The position numbers and the translations under genes are program-made. From Chiloscyllium plagiosum (Eukaryota): DNA of 64,000 bases. Positions 12,100-24,782 of this stretch are shown piece after piece. Positions within the stretch are counted from its first letter, which is position 1. Every line of letters begins with the position of its first letter. The notes under the pieces are model-generated. The model saw only the letters and a list, made by a program, of their open reading frames with translations, had not been told where the DNA came from and did no database searches. The stretch is taken from NCBI RefSeq assembly GCF_004010195.1, contig NC_057758.1:463598-527597 (forward strand). Reading direction: 5' to 3'.

Positions 12100-14660
12100 G
12101 GGGGAAAGCGAGTAACCAGAAGCAATTGTGCAGTTTGACTGGTAGACACAGATAGACAGTAGACACAGATAGACAAAAGACACAGGCAGAAATAATGATG
12201 AGGTTCCCACGGTGTGATAATGGATTACGAGGAAACATTTTAAAAGCCAGAATCTCGACAATGGTAATCTTCTAATTGCTTCCAGTACCACTTGCTCGTG
12301 AGGGTACGAACAACAGTTTATGGCCGATGAATATTTGTCTAAAAAATGGTGCAGCTGACAGGAGTACTGGTTGGATTAAATTGCATCTATTTCAGCGGAA
12401 CAGAGCTGACAGATAAGGCCAATGAAAGAGAAAGATGCGTTGAATATTTGATTAAAGTGAGTATCGCATCAGTAATCAGAGATGAAGTGGTTGAAAAGAC
12501 CATCTACTGAGGCTTTGTGCGTGGAGCTGCTAAATACGAGAGGGATTGCGACATTTTTGGAGTTGCACAATGAGTCTGCAATAGTTAACGGGGATTAGAG
12601 GAGCAAGTATTCAGGGAGATTGGAGAGACGTCCAGGAGCAATAAATTTGTCTTGAGGAGAATTTTACTTTTTAATCTCGACTCAGAATGCCAGAGCGTTC
12701 GAGGCTTAAATAGGGTGGAATTTCTTAAGTGCATTCAGGAAAGTCTCATCAAGCAGTATATAGAGGGCCCTACTTGGAAAAGGCTAAAACTGCTTTGATC
12801 ATAAAAAAGAAGGTGGCTTGGCTTACCTAGCGGCAGCTGGCAGAAAGGGAATCCCCAGTGGTATACAAGGAATACAGACGTTCATTGAAGAAGGACACCA
12901 GGAGGGCGAATAACGGTCACGAGGTAACTTTCGCTGTGAAGATTATGGTGAATCTGAAGAGCTACTTTAAGTATATTAAGGGGAAAGGGATAACTAGTGA
13001 GAGAATAGTACACTCTAGGAGCAAAGTGGATGGTCACACGTGGAATCTAAGGATTGGCGAAGTCCTTAATGAATATTTATCCTTTATGGTTACTGTTCAG
13101 AAAGGCCTGACGACTTGGGAACTTGGAGAAATTAATGCTGATATCTTGCACACATCCATATTCCCAGTAGAGGAGGTGCTGAACGTATTAGAATGTATGA
13201 AGTTGTGTAAATTTCCTACTCCTAATCAGATAAATGCGAAAACACTGCAAGAGGATGGAGATGATAAGGTGGTGAAACGTGATGATATTTTTGCTTCGTT
13301 AGTGACTGATGAGGTCCATAAAAACTGTATGATCGTGAATGTCGTGAATGTTATGCCCTCATTCAAAAAACGTTGGGGAAACAACCCTGGGAACACTTGA
13401 CCAATATGCCAGACATTTGTGATAGGCAAGATACTTGAGATGATTCTGAGGGGAAATTCTACATGCATTTGGAACGACACTGTTTGATGACAAGTAGTCA
13501 GTATGACTTTATGCGTCGAGATCATGCCTCACAAATTATGTAGATTTCGTTGAGAAAGTAACCAGAAAGGTTGAAGAGGGCAGGGCAGTAGTCATATTCT
13601 ATATGGATTTCTATATGGTAATGCTCGGTATGATAGGCTGCACTGGACACATGGATGGTATGGAATCCAGGGGTAGCTGTCCAGGGGTAGCTGTCAAATT
13701 GGATACACATTTGGTTTGATAGCAGGAAATTGAGGGTAATACTGGCTCCTCAGGGGTCGGTGCTGTGCCTATTGCCGTTTGTAATCTGTATCAGTGATTT
13801 GGATGAGAATGTACAAGGCATGGCTAGTAAACTAGCCGATGACAAGAAAAGTGGAGGTAAATTGGACAGTGAGGAAGATTATGAGAAGTTGCAGCAGGAC
13901 GTTGATCATCTGGGAAAATTGGACGATAGATAGCAAATGATATTTAATGTAGTTAAGTGTGATGTTATTCATTTTGCAAAGTCAATTCAAGATAGGAGCT
14001 AATGGTAAATGGCAGGGCCATAACGAGTGACACGGAGCAGAGGGAACTTGGAATACAGCTGCACGGTTTTCGAAAAGTTGAGTCACAAGTAGACAGGGAC
14101 GTTATGCAGGCTTTTAGCACACTGGCCTTCATCAGTCAGATCATTGAACATCGACATTGGGAAGACGTATTGGAGTTGCACCGGACTTGGTGACGCTACA
14201 CTTGGATGATTGTGTTCAGTTTTGGTCAACTTGCTACACGAAGCATGTTAGTAAACTGGAAAGATTGCAGAAGAAATTGACAAGAAAGTTGCCAGAATCT
14301 GATTTCAAAGGGCGAGGTGAGAGAAGCTAAGACATTTATCTTTCGAGCGTGGGAGACTTATAGAAGTGTATACGATCATGAGAGGCATTGTCAGGGTAAA
14401 GAAAATCATTATTTTTTCCCCAAAGTTGGAGAATCGAGGACTAGAAAGCATCAGTTTATATTAAGAACGGAATGAATATAAGGGAACATGATAGACATTT
14501 TTTTTTACACAGAGCATGATACGCATATGGAATTAGTTGCCAATGGAATTGGTCGAGGCAGGTGCAATAACAACATTTAAAAGGTATTTCGACAAATGCA
14601 TGGATAGGAAAACTTTACAAGGATATATCCAAGTGGAGGAAAATTAGGCTACCATAGATG
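12100..14660 (+). mobile_element. Decayed CR1 LINE (ORF1 esterase remnants, EN, RT)
   Basis: ORFs 12858..13400 and 13730..13933 (APQGSVL..SKLADD) and 14002..14193. Confidence 0.85.
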
Positions 14661-14689
14661 AATGGGAAAGATTCGGAATGGATTTCACT

Positions 14690-15256
14690 GCTGAAGCTGT
14701 ATTAATCTCTGGTGCAGCCGCACTTGCAGTACTGTGTACAGTTTTGGTCATCACGTTGTTGGAACGATGTGTAAACTTTGGAAAGGGGTTAAAGGAGATT
14801 TACTAGAATGTTGTCTGGTATGGAGGGAAGTTCTTAAGAGGAAAGACTGAAGGGCTTGAAAATATTTCATCAGAGCGAAGATGGCTGACCGGTGACTTAA
14901 TTGAGACATACAAGATTATCAGAGGGTTAGTTCTTTTGGCTAGTAACAGCCTTTTTCCTCGGATACTGATGGCTACTATGAATGGACAAAGCTTTAACTT
15001 GATGGGTGCTAGATAGAGGACAGATATCAGAGGTAGTTTCTTTACTCCAAGTGTCGTATGGGTTTGGGCCCACAGTGTCCGCAACAGTGGTGGTCTCGCT
15101 ACATTTAAGGGTATTTAAATGGTCTTTGGATAAGCATATGGACGAGAATGGAATATGGCCGGACAGATGGGCTTCACATTTGTTTCATAGGGTGATGCAA
15201 AGTCGAGGGCCGAAAGGCCTGTATAGCGCTGCAATATTCTATATTCTGTGTTCTAT
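14690..15256 (+). mobile_element. CR1 3' fragment with tail
   Basis: PHLQYCVQFWS motif; GGGCCGAAAGGCCTGT..TTCTATATTCTGTGTTCTATG tail. Confidence 0.85.
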
Positions 15257-17030
15257 GAAGGCATGGTCAAGAGGAGGTTTCCAGATCCGATAGAGTAGGG
15301 ATACCCAGAAGTGCCTTGCAGACAGCAAGGGATTGCACAGAGGGACGAGTAAACAGCAGGGATATCCGACAGGAGAAATAATGAAGATTACATCTTGCAG
15401 GCATACTTTTGTGGAAAGCATTACGAGTTGAGAAGGCTGAATTGACTTATCCTTTCGGCATTCCAACCATCTGCACTTCAGCCCATCCCTTGTGTTCCTC
15501 GACAAACTGAATACTATTTTGGCACATGAAATCTGAAGCAGGTGCTGATATAGAGGATCCACAGAATTGGCAGCATCTGCAGATAGAGACGGAGAGAGGG
15601 AAGCAGATTTCATGTTTCCAGTCTGTACTGGTCCATGTTCAAGATTTCTTAGAAAGGGAACTCGAAATGTGAACATTGTTTCTCTCGCACCTCGCAAGTT
15701 GCCACAGTGGTTTAGTTTCACCGCCTTTCTCCGTGCTCGACTTTCCAATTGGAAGATATCCTTGTCTCCCACCGTCACCCAGATGCCCTTATCTTCAGCA
15801 GCATTGATTTAGCCTGTTATCACGAGCGACACGGCCAGCTAAATCAATGCTTTTGGAACTTCTGCTGATCCCCGTCCATTCACTCCTTGAGCAGGAGCAC
15901 CGGAGCATTTTATGTAAATGAACAGATGACTCCGTAGTTAATCATCACACAGCTACGGCAAGTATAGTCTCCACCAATAACGTGCGAGAGGATCAGATCA
16001 GTGATCGTACCCATCATGAATAGGATTGTGCAAAACTTCCATCAAGCTGTTTATACATGTCGTGGCACATGTCAGTGATGATCTTTGGCTGAGTTGGGAA
16101 TCAAACATCTGAATTCTGGACTTGAATTTCAGTCCCACGTCTCATCAGGAGTCTATGCAACCGAAGAGACTCCTTGAGCATGCAGCCAGCAACCTTATCT
16201 TTATGAGCACCATCTCAGACCTCCTTAATGTACTGGCTGCCATTGTCTTTCTCGTTCGTCAGCAGAGGTACTAGTAGAAATCAGGGTAAGTTGTTCGTCG
16301 TGTGTGTTTAGAGACAAATTAATATTTTCCAAACAGCAAGGGTACAGAATGCACTAATCATTAAAAGGTCATAACAACTATTTTCGTGCACCCGGCCACA
16401 GTCAAAGAAAACTATTTGTGAAACCTGACGTCCCCCTGGTCCTGCATCACATTCAAAATTTATATCATTGCGACTGTATTGTCTCTTTAACGTTTCCGTC
16501 AAATGCATTGCCCCACATTTCCCTGCATTTATTTTTATCTGACAGATGTCTGATCATTTGTTTAAGTTGCCAATGTGTGTCAGTGTCATTCTCACAAATG
16601 ACTTCTCCCCTCATTTAGTGTGGTTTGCAAACTTCGACGTTTGCCTTCAACACCCGTCTGCAAATCATTTGTTTAAATTGTAGGAAGCAAGGGTCACAGC
16701 ACCAATCTCTGTGGAGTACCACAATTAAATTTTCTCCAATTTGAGGAATATCATCTATACCTACCCCTTTTTTCACTATCTGTCAGTCAACATCGACTCT
16801 GTGTGGCCAATAATCCATCGTTTCTAATCATTTCTAATTTGCTAACCAACCTCATCTGGCAACGCACCAAATACTTCAGGAAAGTCTAAATATGCAAAAT
16901 CCATAACACTACGCTCATTCAATGCCTATGTCACCTCATAAAAGACCTCAATCAAATATGTCAGACCTGACATGCCCTTGACAAAACCATGTTGACTATC
17001 TGTGGTGTAAACTGACTTTTTTTTTAAACT

Positions 17031-17318
17031 TAGATTAGATTAGATTACTTACAGTGTGGAAACAGGCCCTTTGGCCCAACAAGATGTCGATTCACAAGGT
17101 GTGCACCCACCCACCCAGGCCTATTCCCCTGTATTTACCCCTGCACCTAACACTATGGGCAATTTAGCATGGTCAATTCACCTAACCTGCACATTTTTGG
17201 ACTGGGGGAGGAAACCCACTCAGACACGGGGAGAATGTGCACACTCAACACAGTCAGTCGCCTGAGGCAGGAATTGAACCCGGGTCTCTGGCGCTGTGAG
17301 GCAGCAGTGCCAACCACT
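17031..17318 (-). mobile_element. HE1-like tRNA-derived V-SINE
   Basis: B box GGTTCAATTCC, V-domain TTCTCCCCGTGTCTG..GGGTTTCCTCC, (TCTAA)n tail. Confidence 0.92.
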
Positions 17319-17954
17319 TTTTTCTCTCCGTTTATTTTTAACTTAACCTGCACTATCGCCTCCATTATTTTTTCAACCATTGACATAAAGCTGACGGGCC
17401 TGTAATTTATTGGGTTACCTCTTATTTCTTTCTGAAACAACGGTGCCACACTGGCGATCCTCCAACCCCATAGAGGCATTTCTGTGCTCCGAAAGATCTT
17501 TAAACTTTCTGGCAGTAGTTAAACATTTTTTTCCCTTTCTTCTCTCAACAATACAGGATGCATCCCACCTGTATCTGTAGGCTCCTGTCCCTGGCATCCT
17601 GTCAACCTTTACAGCACCTCTTCTTTATCAATAACTTTTATGTTCAGTTATTAAACGCATGTATTTTCAAATAGACCGTTGTTGCCATCTTCTTACTTGT
17701 TCAATGTATTCATTTCTGAACTCTGCCATACTCTTTGCTTCAGTGAGCAGTTTACCCTGCCTGTTCCTCATAGCTATCACGCAATCCTTCACAAATGTAT
17801 TCTTATTAATATGTTTGATGAATACTTCATTGTTTATTTTAGCACAGACGTGCCATTATTTAACCATGCTTCGTCGGAGCCATCCTTATTCAACCCTCAG
17901 TCTCTCTCTTGCATTTGAGATACTCTTTGAGATTTCTGCTGATCCTACTATTTT

Positions 17955-18233
17955 TTAGATTAGATTACTTACAGTGTGGAAACAGGCCCTTCGGCCCAAC
18001 AAGTCCACACCGCCCCGCCAAAGCGCAACCCACCCATACCCCTACATTTACCCCTTACCTAACACTACGGGCAATTTAGCATGGCCAATTCACCTGACCT
18101 GCACATCTTTGGACTGTGGGAGGAAACCGGAGCAACCGGAGGAAACCCACGCAGACACGGGGAGAACGTGCAAACTCCACACAGTCAGTCGCCTGAGTCG
18201 GGAATTGAACCGGAGTCTCTGGCGCTGTGAGGC
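17955..18233 (-). mobile_element. HE1-like V-SINE, 5'-truncated
   Basis: Near-identical to the other six copies. Confidence 0.92.
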
Positions 18234-19119
18234 CCAATCTGCTTTGAATCAATTACTTCATTTGTTCCCGTTATTTTAACATAGAAATCTTTAGTCATCC
18301 AGGACGCTCTAGCTGTGGATAAGCTGAATATATTTCTCATCAGTCGGTACACACTTTGCACCTTGTGAATCTACCTTTTGAAGTTTGTCTATTTTCAGTC
18401 GCTGTTTTATACATCAAAATGCATGTCCAATTAATGTCCTCCAGTTCAACTGCATAACCTCAAAATACCAAGACCTTTCCAATTTGGGAGATTAGTCATT
18501 GACAGCTTTGTTTTTTCCTTTTCCAAAGTGAGATCTCACTGCATTATATTACGATCGCTATTTTTCCAAATATTCTCCTTTTGAAGTGAAGTAGATCAAC
18601 TGTCTCCAGTTGATCTACTTCACTTTCTCGGACTAGAACCAGTACCTCACCCTCCTTGATCGGACGAAACATGTACTGCTCCAAACGCTTCACCAACACA
18701 CATTTCAGGAATGCCTCTCCTTTCTGGCATCATACTGTGTCTTTCTCCCAGCCTTCAATCAACAAATAATAATCCTTCTTGTCTCACAGATTTCCTTATT
18801 ATTTCTACAACAATATCTTCTACTTCCTCCGTATTGTTAGAACATATGTAATAAACATTTAAAAAGCTCACAACTGCCTTCCTGTTTTTCACGTCATACC
18901 CTGTTAAAAGTTTATCTGCTTTTCTGAGACCCACCCTCAGTCTTCTAAACTGGAGTGAATGTAGTCCTAATTGATGTAATCTCTATTCATGTGTCAATTC
19001 TGCCACCTTGCAAGCAAAACGTTATTACATATTCTCCGACGCTGGAAAATCTTATCTCTGATAAATAATTTGCAAGTACACAAAAGAGTTCAGCCGTGGC
19101 ATAACATAGGCCAGAATGA

Positions 19120-19940
19120 AGGGAGCACTGCATATGTCAGTGCTGAGGGAGCGTCTCCATGTCGGCTGGTCTGTGCAGAAGGAGTCATTTGGTCACCAAT
19201 ATGGTCACTAATGAGTGCACTTCGTCATTCAATATGCCAGCACAGAGCAATGGTGAACTTCACCAGAATTGGGGCTGACAATCTGAAAGTTAGTTCGAAG
19301 GAAGCACCACACTGTCAGATAGTCTGTTCACAAGGAGGCACTCCTTGTCACCATTGCTTTCACGATTGGGGGAACATGGCAGTTGAATGTGTCACTGTAG
19401 AAAGTGAGTGAACTGTTCGACGCTGAGATTTGAACGTTCGTCACATTATCGGATGGTCAAGCCAAGGTGAACGCCACACAGTCGGAGGATCAGAGTCCAT
19501 GGAGAACCACACTTATGGAAAATCAGTGTTGAGGGAGCCCTGCACTGTCAGAGGGTTAGTCCAGAGGGATCAGTCGGAGGATCAGAGTCCATGGAGCACC
19601 ACACTTATGGAAAATCAGTGTTGAGGGAGCCCTGCACTGTCAGAGGGTTAGTCCAGAGGGATCCCCACACAGTTGGATGGTCATTGCTGTGGGCAAGCTT
19701 CACTACTAGAGAGTAGGTACAGGAGGTTTCTGTACTGCCTGAATCACAGTGTTGAGGGATTCGTGCACTACTGGACTGTCAGTAATGATGAGGTGTTGTG
19801 CTACAGCAGGTTCAGTCCTGATGGAGCGGGAGCCATATCAGGTCAGTGCTGAGGCATTGCCACACTGTCAGAGTTCATGCTGTGATAGCACCGCTGTGTC
19901 TGAGTTTCAACAAAGAGGTAACGCCACATTGACTCCACAG
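19120..19940 (+). repeat. Decayed ~33-bp minisatellite (CAGTGCTGAGGGAG..CACTGTCAGAGG) containing a 92-bp tandem duplication
   Basis: Recurrent GAGGGAG..CACTGTC motif; 19479-19570 and 19571-19662 differ by one base. Confidence 0.7.
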
Positions 19941-20119
19941 TGACACATCCCGTTATGCATAGTTGGAATGCAAGAATTTGTGAGATTTCCGTGGCAAAAC
20001 CACATGAGGCAGACCTTTATATCGTGAACACACTACCCAGGAAACTTTTAGGACATTCTGATTCCGATGGACAGAGAGAGACAAAGAGATCCCAAAAAAT
20101 GTTCACAGTATTATGTAGA

Positions 20120-23100
20120 TAATTGGGATGCGTTCTGGGGAAGGTGGGACCTGTACAAGAAGGACGGGTTGCTTCTGAACTGGAAGGGGACAAATGTCCT
20201 GGATGGAAGGTTTGCTCGAGTAGTTCAAGAAGTAGTAAACTAGTATGGCAGGGTGGGTGGGAACCTGAGCTGTATACTGGAGGTGAGAGTTGATGCAAAT
20301 GAGGCAATAGCAAGAGGTAGACCAGCTAGTGGGAAGGATTTTCCTGGGAAGGAACCAAGGAATCCGTTACAGTGTGTTTGTTATAATGCAAGGAGTATCA
20401 GTAATAAAAGTGAGGAATTTAGAGCATGGATCAATACCTGGTGCTATAATGTTGTGGCCATAACAGAGACATGGGTTTCTCAGGGGAAGGAATGGTTGCT
20501 GGATGTTCCAGGGTTTAGAGCATTTAAAAAGAATAGGGAATGGTGAAAAAGAGGAGGGGTGTAGCACCACTAATCAGAGAGGGTATCACAGCTACAGAAG
20601 CTTCCATTGTCGAGGAAGATCTGCCTATCGAGTCAGTATGGGTGGAAATTAGGAACTGCAAGGGAGCAGTTACCTCGTTAGGGGTTTACTACAGGCCCGC
20701 CAATAGCAGCAGGGAGATGGAAGAAAGCATAGGTCGGCAGATTTTGGAAAAGTGTGGACGTAGTAGGGTTGTTATAATAGGTGACTTTAATTTTCCCAAT
20801 ATTGATTGGAACCTCCTTCGAGCAGAAGCTTTGAATGGAGATATTTTGTAAGCTGTGCTCAGGAGGGTTTCCTAACTCAGTACGTTGACAGGCCGACGAG
20901 GGAAGATGCCATTTTAGACTTGGTGCTCGGAAACGAGCCGGGGCAGGCATCAGATATTGTGGTGAGAGCAACTGCCTCACATTCTACATAGCTATGTAGA
21001 AGGAGAGGATTAGGCAAAATGGGAAGATATTTAATTGGGGAAGAGGAAACTGATGCGATTAGACATGAGTTAGGAAGGATGGACTGGGTGCAATTGTTCC
21101 ATGGTAAAGGCACTATAGACATATGGAGACTGGTTAAGGAACAGTTGTTGCAAGTGATGAATAAATATATCCCTCTGAGACAGGCAAGAAGATAAAGGAA
21201 CCTTGGAAGACGAGAGCGGTAGAGCTTCTTGTCAAAAGGAAAAAGGTAACTTACGTAAGGTCAAGCTAGGATCAAGCTCAGCTCTACAGGTTTACAGGCA
21301 GGCAAGGAAGGAGCTTCAAAATGGTCTGAGAAGAGCCAGGAGGGAGGCACAATAAAGGCTTGGCAGCACAGATTAGGGAGAACGCAAAGGCATTTTACAC
21401 TTATGTGAGGAATAAGAGAATGGTCAAAGAAAGAGTAGGGCTGAAAATGTGTTGCTGGAAAAGCGCAGCAGGTCAGGCAGCATCCAAAGAACAGGAGAAT
21501 CGACGTTTCGGGCATAAGCCCTTCTTCGGGAATGAGGAAAGTGTGTCCAGAAGGCTAAGATAAAAGGTAGGGAGGAGGGACTTGGGGGAGGGGCTTTGGA
21601 AATGCGATAGGTGGAGGGAGGTCAAGGTGAGGGAGCATGGATTGGGTAAAATTGTTCCATGGTAAAGGCACTATAGACCTGTGGAGACTGTTTAAGGAAC
21701 AGTTGTTGCGAGTGATGAATAAATATGTCCCTCTGAGACAGGCAATAAGGGTTAAGATAAAGGAACCTTGGATGACGAGAACGGTGGAGCTTCTCGTGAA
21801 AAGGAAGAAGGTAGCTTACAAAAGGTGGAGGAAGCTAGGGTAAAGCTCAGCTCTAGAGGATTGCAGGCAGGCGAGGAAGGAGCTCAAAAATGGTCTGAGG
21901 AGAGCCAGGAGGAGGCACGAGAAAGGCTTGGAAGAACGGATTAGGGAGAACACAAAGACATTTTACACTTATGTGAGGAATAAGAGAATGGTCAAAGAAA
22001 GAGTAGGGCCAATCAGGGATAGCATAGGGATCTTGTGCGTGGAGTCTGAGGAGGTAGGAGAATCCCTAAATGAGTTTTTTGCTTCGGTCTTTACGAATGA
22101 AACGAACTTTGTAGTGAATGAAACATTTGAATAGCAGGTGTGCATGCTGGAATGGATAGAGATAGAGGAAGCTGATGTGCTGAAAATTTTGTCAAACATT
22201 AAGATTGAAAAGTCGCCAGGCCCGGACCAGATTTGTCCTCGGCTGCTTTTGGAAATGAGAAATCCAATTGCTTCGCCACTTGCGAAGATCTTTGCATCCT
22301 CGCTCTCCACTGGAGTCGTACCTGAGGACTGGAGAGAGACAAATGCATCTCTTCAAGTAAGGAAATAGGGAAATCCCCGGCAATTACAAACCAGTAAGTC
22401 TCACGTCTGTCCTTTGCAAAGTGTTCGAAAGGATTCTGAGGGATAGCATTTTTGACCATCTGGAAGAGCATGGCTTGGTTAAATGCAGTCAACACGGCTT
22501 TGTGAGGGGCAGGCATGCCTCACAAACCTTATCGAGTTATTTGATGATGTGACTAGAAACGTTGATGAGGGTCGAGCTGTGGATGTGGTGTATATGGACT
22601 TCAGCAAGGCATTTGATATGTTTCCCTATGGTCGGCTCATTCAGATGGTCAGGAGGAATGGGATACAGGGGAACATAGCTGTCTGGATACAGAATTGGCT
22701 GGCAAACAGAAGACAGCGAGTGATAGTTGAAGGAAAATATTCTGCCTGGAAGGCAGTGGTGAGTGGTGTTCCACAGGGCTCTGTCCTTGGGCCTCTACTG
22801 TTTGTAATTTTTATTAATGACTTGGATGAGGGGATTGAAGGATGGGTCAGCAAGTTTGCAGACGACAAAAAGGTTGAAGGTGTCGTTGACAGTATAGACG
22901 GCTATTGCAGGCTGCAGCAGGACATTGACAGGATGCAGAGATGGGCTGAGAGTTCAACCTGGATAAATGCGAGGTGATGCATTTTGGAAGGTCGAATTTG
23001 AAAGCTGAATACAGAATTAAGGATAGGATTCTTGGCAGTGTGGTGGAACAGAGGGATCTTGGTGTGCAGGCGCATCGATCCCTAAAAATGGCCACCCAAG

Positions 23101-23731
23101 TAGACAGGATTATTAAGAAAGCATATTGTGTTTTGGTTTTCATTAACAGGGGAATTGAGTTTAAGAGTCGTGAGATCGTGTTGCAGCTCTATAAAACTTT
23201 GGTTAGACCGCACTTGGAATACTGTGTCCAGTTCTGGTCGCCCTATTATAGGAAAGATGTGGATACTTTAGAGAAGGTTCAGAGGAAGTTTACCAGGATG
23301 CTGCCTGGACTGGAGGGCTTACCTTATGAAGAGAGGTGGACTGAGCACGGACGTTTTTCACTGGAGAAAAGGTGGAGGAGAGGGGACCTAATTGAGGTGT
23401 ACAAGTTAATGAGTGGCATAGATAGAGTCGATAGCCAGAGACTAATTCCCAGGGCAGAAATGGCTAACGCGAGGGGTCATAGTTTTAAGCTGGTTGGAGG
23501 AAAGTATAGAGAGGATGTCAGAGGCAGGTTCTTTACAAAGAGAGTTGTGAGAGCATGGAATGCGTTGCCAACAGCAGCTGTGGTAGCAAGGTCATTGGGG
23601 ACATTTAAGAGACTGTTGGACATGCATATGGTCACGGAAATTTGAGGGTGGATACATGAGGATCAATGGTCCGCACAACATCGTGGGCTGAAGGGCCTGT
23701 TCTGTGCTGTACGGTTCTATGTTCTATGTTC
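20120..23731 (+). mobile_element. Long CR1 LINE (ORF1 end, APE endonuclease, RT, tail), frameshifted
   Basis: YNARSI, AITETW, IIGDFNFP, VYMDFSKAFD, GVPQGSVLGP, KFADD, RPHLEYCVQFWSP; (GTTCTAT)n tail at about 23715-23731. Confidence 0.95.
21441..21630 (-). mobile_element. PLE pLTR fragment inserted in CR1
   Basis: Minus strand CCGAAGAAGGGCTTATGCCCGAAACGTCGATTCTCC..GGATGCTGCCTGACCTGCTG; hammerhead core with U4->C. Confidence 0.8.
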
Positions 23732-24554
23732 ACTGAATTAGACTGCACAATATTTCGGCCTTGGAGCTGTCCACTCATTGCTGGACCTCTCAGTCATTGA
23801 GGAAGTGGATACGTATGTGACATTAACCTTACTTGAACTGCATCATTGCCCACGTGCAGTCATGACCGGGGTGAATCAGTACGCTTTGTACAGAAACATG
23901 TTTTCCTGATCCAGTCAATGTGCAAGTGCAAAACGATCCGCAAAACATTCACGTTTGCGCTCCATAATGGTAAAGAAGGGATGTCTTCAGAGAAAGTACA
24001 TCACCAAAAAAATCTCAACTTTTCGGCGTTCAATTATGTTTCCATCACTGAATGCCAAATTATCATTATCCACGTTGTGAAAACTCACTGCTAGGTGTCC
24101 AAGAACTACAAAATTAATCCAAGAGTGCCATCAGCCAGTCGGAGGTTGAGAACTCTGTGACATTAATACTGACGGTGCTAAAGTCTGTCGGGGATCAGAT
24201 AGCCCATTTGATTGAAAATCCGTAGACCATATTAAATATTGACTCTCACGAACACCTCCAACAGGCACAGCAAGGTCTATCATCTACAGATGCATTACTG
24301 TCACTCCTGGAGGACTCTTTGGCAGCGTTTTCTCTGGCCATTATATGTGCAAACTAGAATAACAGTCACAGTATATAGAGTGGCACACTGATGGCAAATT
24401 CTAAAGTATAATTCTTCCCAAGTTAGGACTCGTTTATCGCTCTATCACAGTGATGGGTTGAAATGAATTTTCCTCACAGCACTAGTGCATGTATTTTCCT
24501 CGCACAGGTTGCAATGCATCAGGAAGGCAGCTTATCGCCACCATCTCAAAGAAA

Positions 24555-24782
24555 TCATGAATTAGAGATGCTGGTGTTGGAATGTGCTGTACAAAGTTAA
24601 AAATCACACAACAGCAAAGTATATCCAACAGGTTTGTATGGAAGCACTAGCTTTCGGAGAGCTGCTCTTTCATCAGGCTTTATCAGGCTTTACCTGATGA
24701 AGGAGCAACGCTCCGAAAGCTAGTGCATCGAAACAAACCTGTTGGAGCATACCAGGTGTTGTGTGATTCCTTTTTTAAACTT
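24555..24782. mobile_element. Palindromic PLE mini-insertion: two inverted pLTR halves, each with a hammerhead motif
   Basis: 24593-24677 is the approximate reverse complement of 24693-24782; TSD-like TCTCAA(A/G)GAAA at 24544-24554 and 24783-24793. Confidence 0.8.
24691..24725 (+). ncRNA. Minimal type-I hammerhead ribozyme motif
   Basis: UAC CUGAUGA A GGAGC-AAC-GCUCC GAAA GC UA^GUG; perfect stem II; palindromic AGCU stem III. Confidence 0.75.

Larger units (their letters stand above)
16480..18900 (-). mobile_element. Old CR1/L2-like LINE ORF2 fragment interrupted by two SINEs
   Basis: WRIASVAPLFQKEIRGNPINYRPVSFMSMVEKIME in ORF 17153..17479. Confidence 0.7.

Noticed and set aside
15239..15778. 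179-aa ORF as a host gene
   Set aside because: No recognisable domain or splice context, and it ends in a CR1 tail
15797..15822. AGCAGCATTG resembles the miR-103/107 5' end
   Set aside because: Only 10 nt match, it is on the wrong hairpin arm, and there is no PANK intron context
17974..18279. Recurrent CGRKPEHPEETHADTGR peptides as a protein family
   Set aside because: They are antisense translations of the HE1-like SINE
19479..19662. CRISPR-like repeat
   Set aside because: Two adjacent copies with no unique spacers, in eukaryotic DNA
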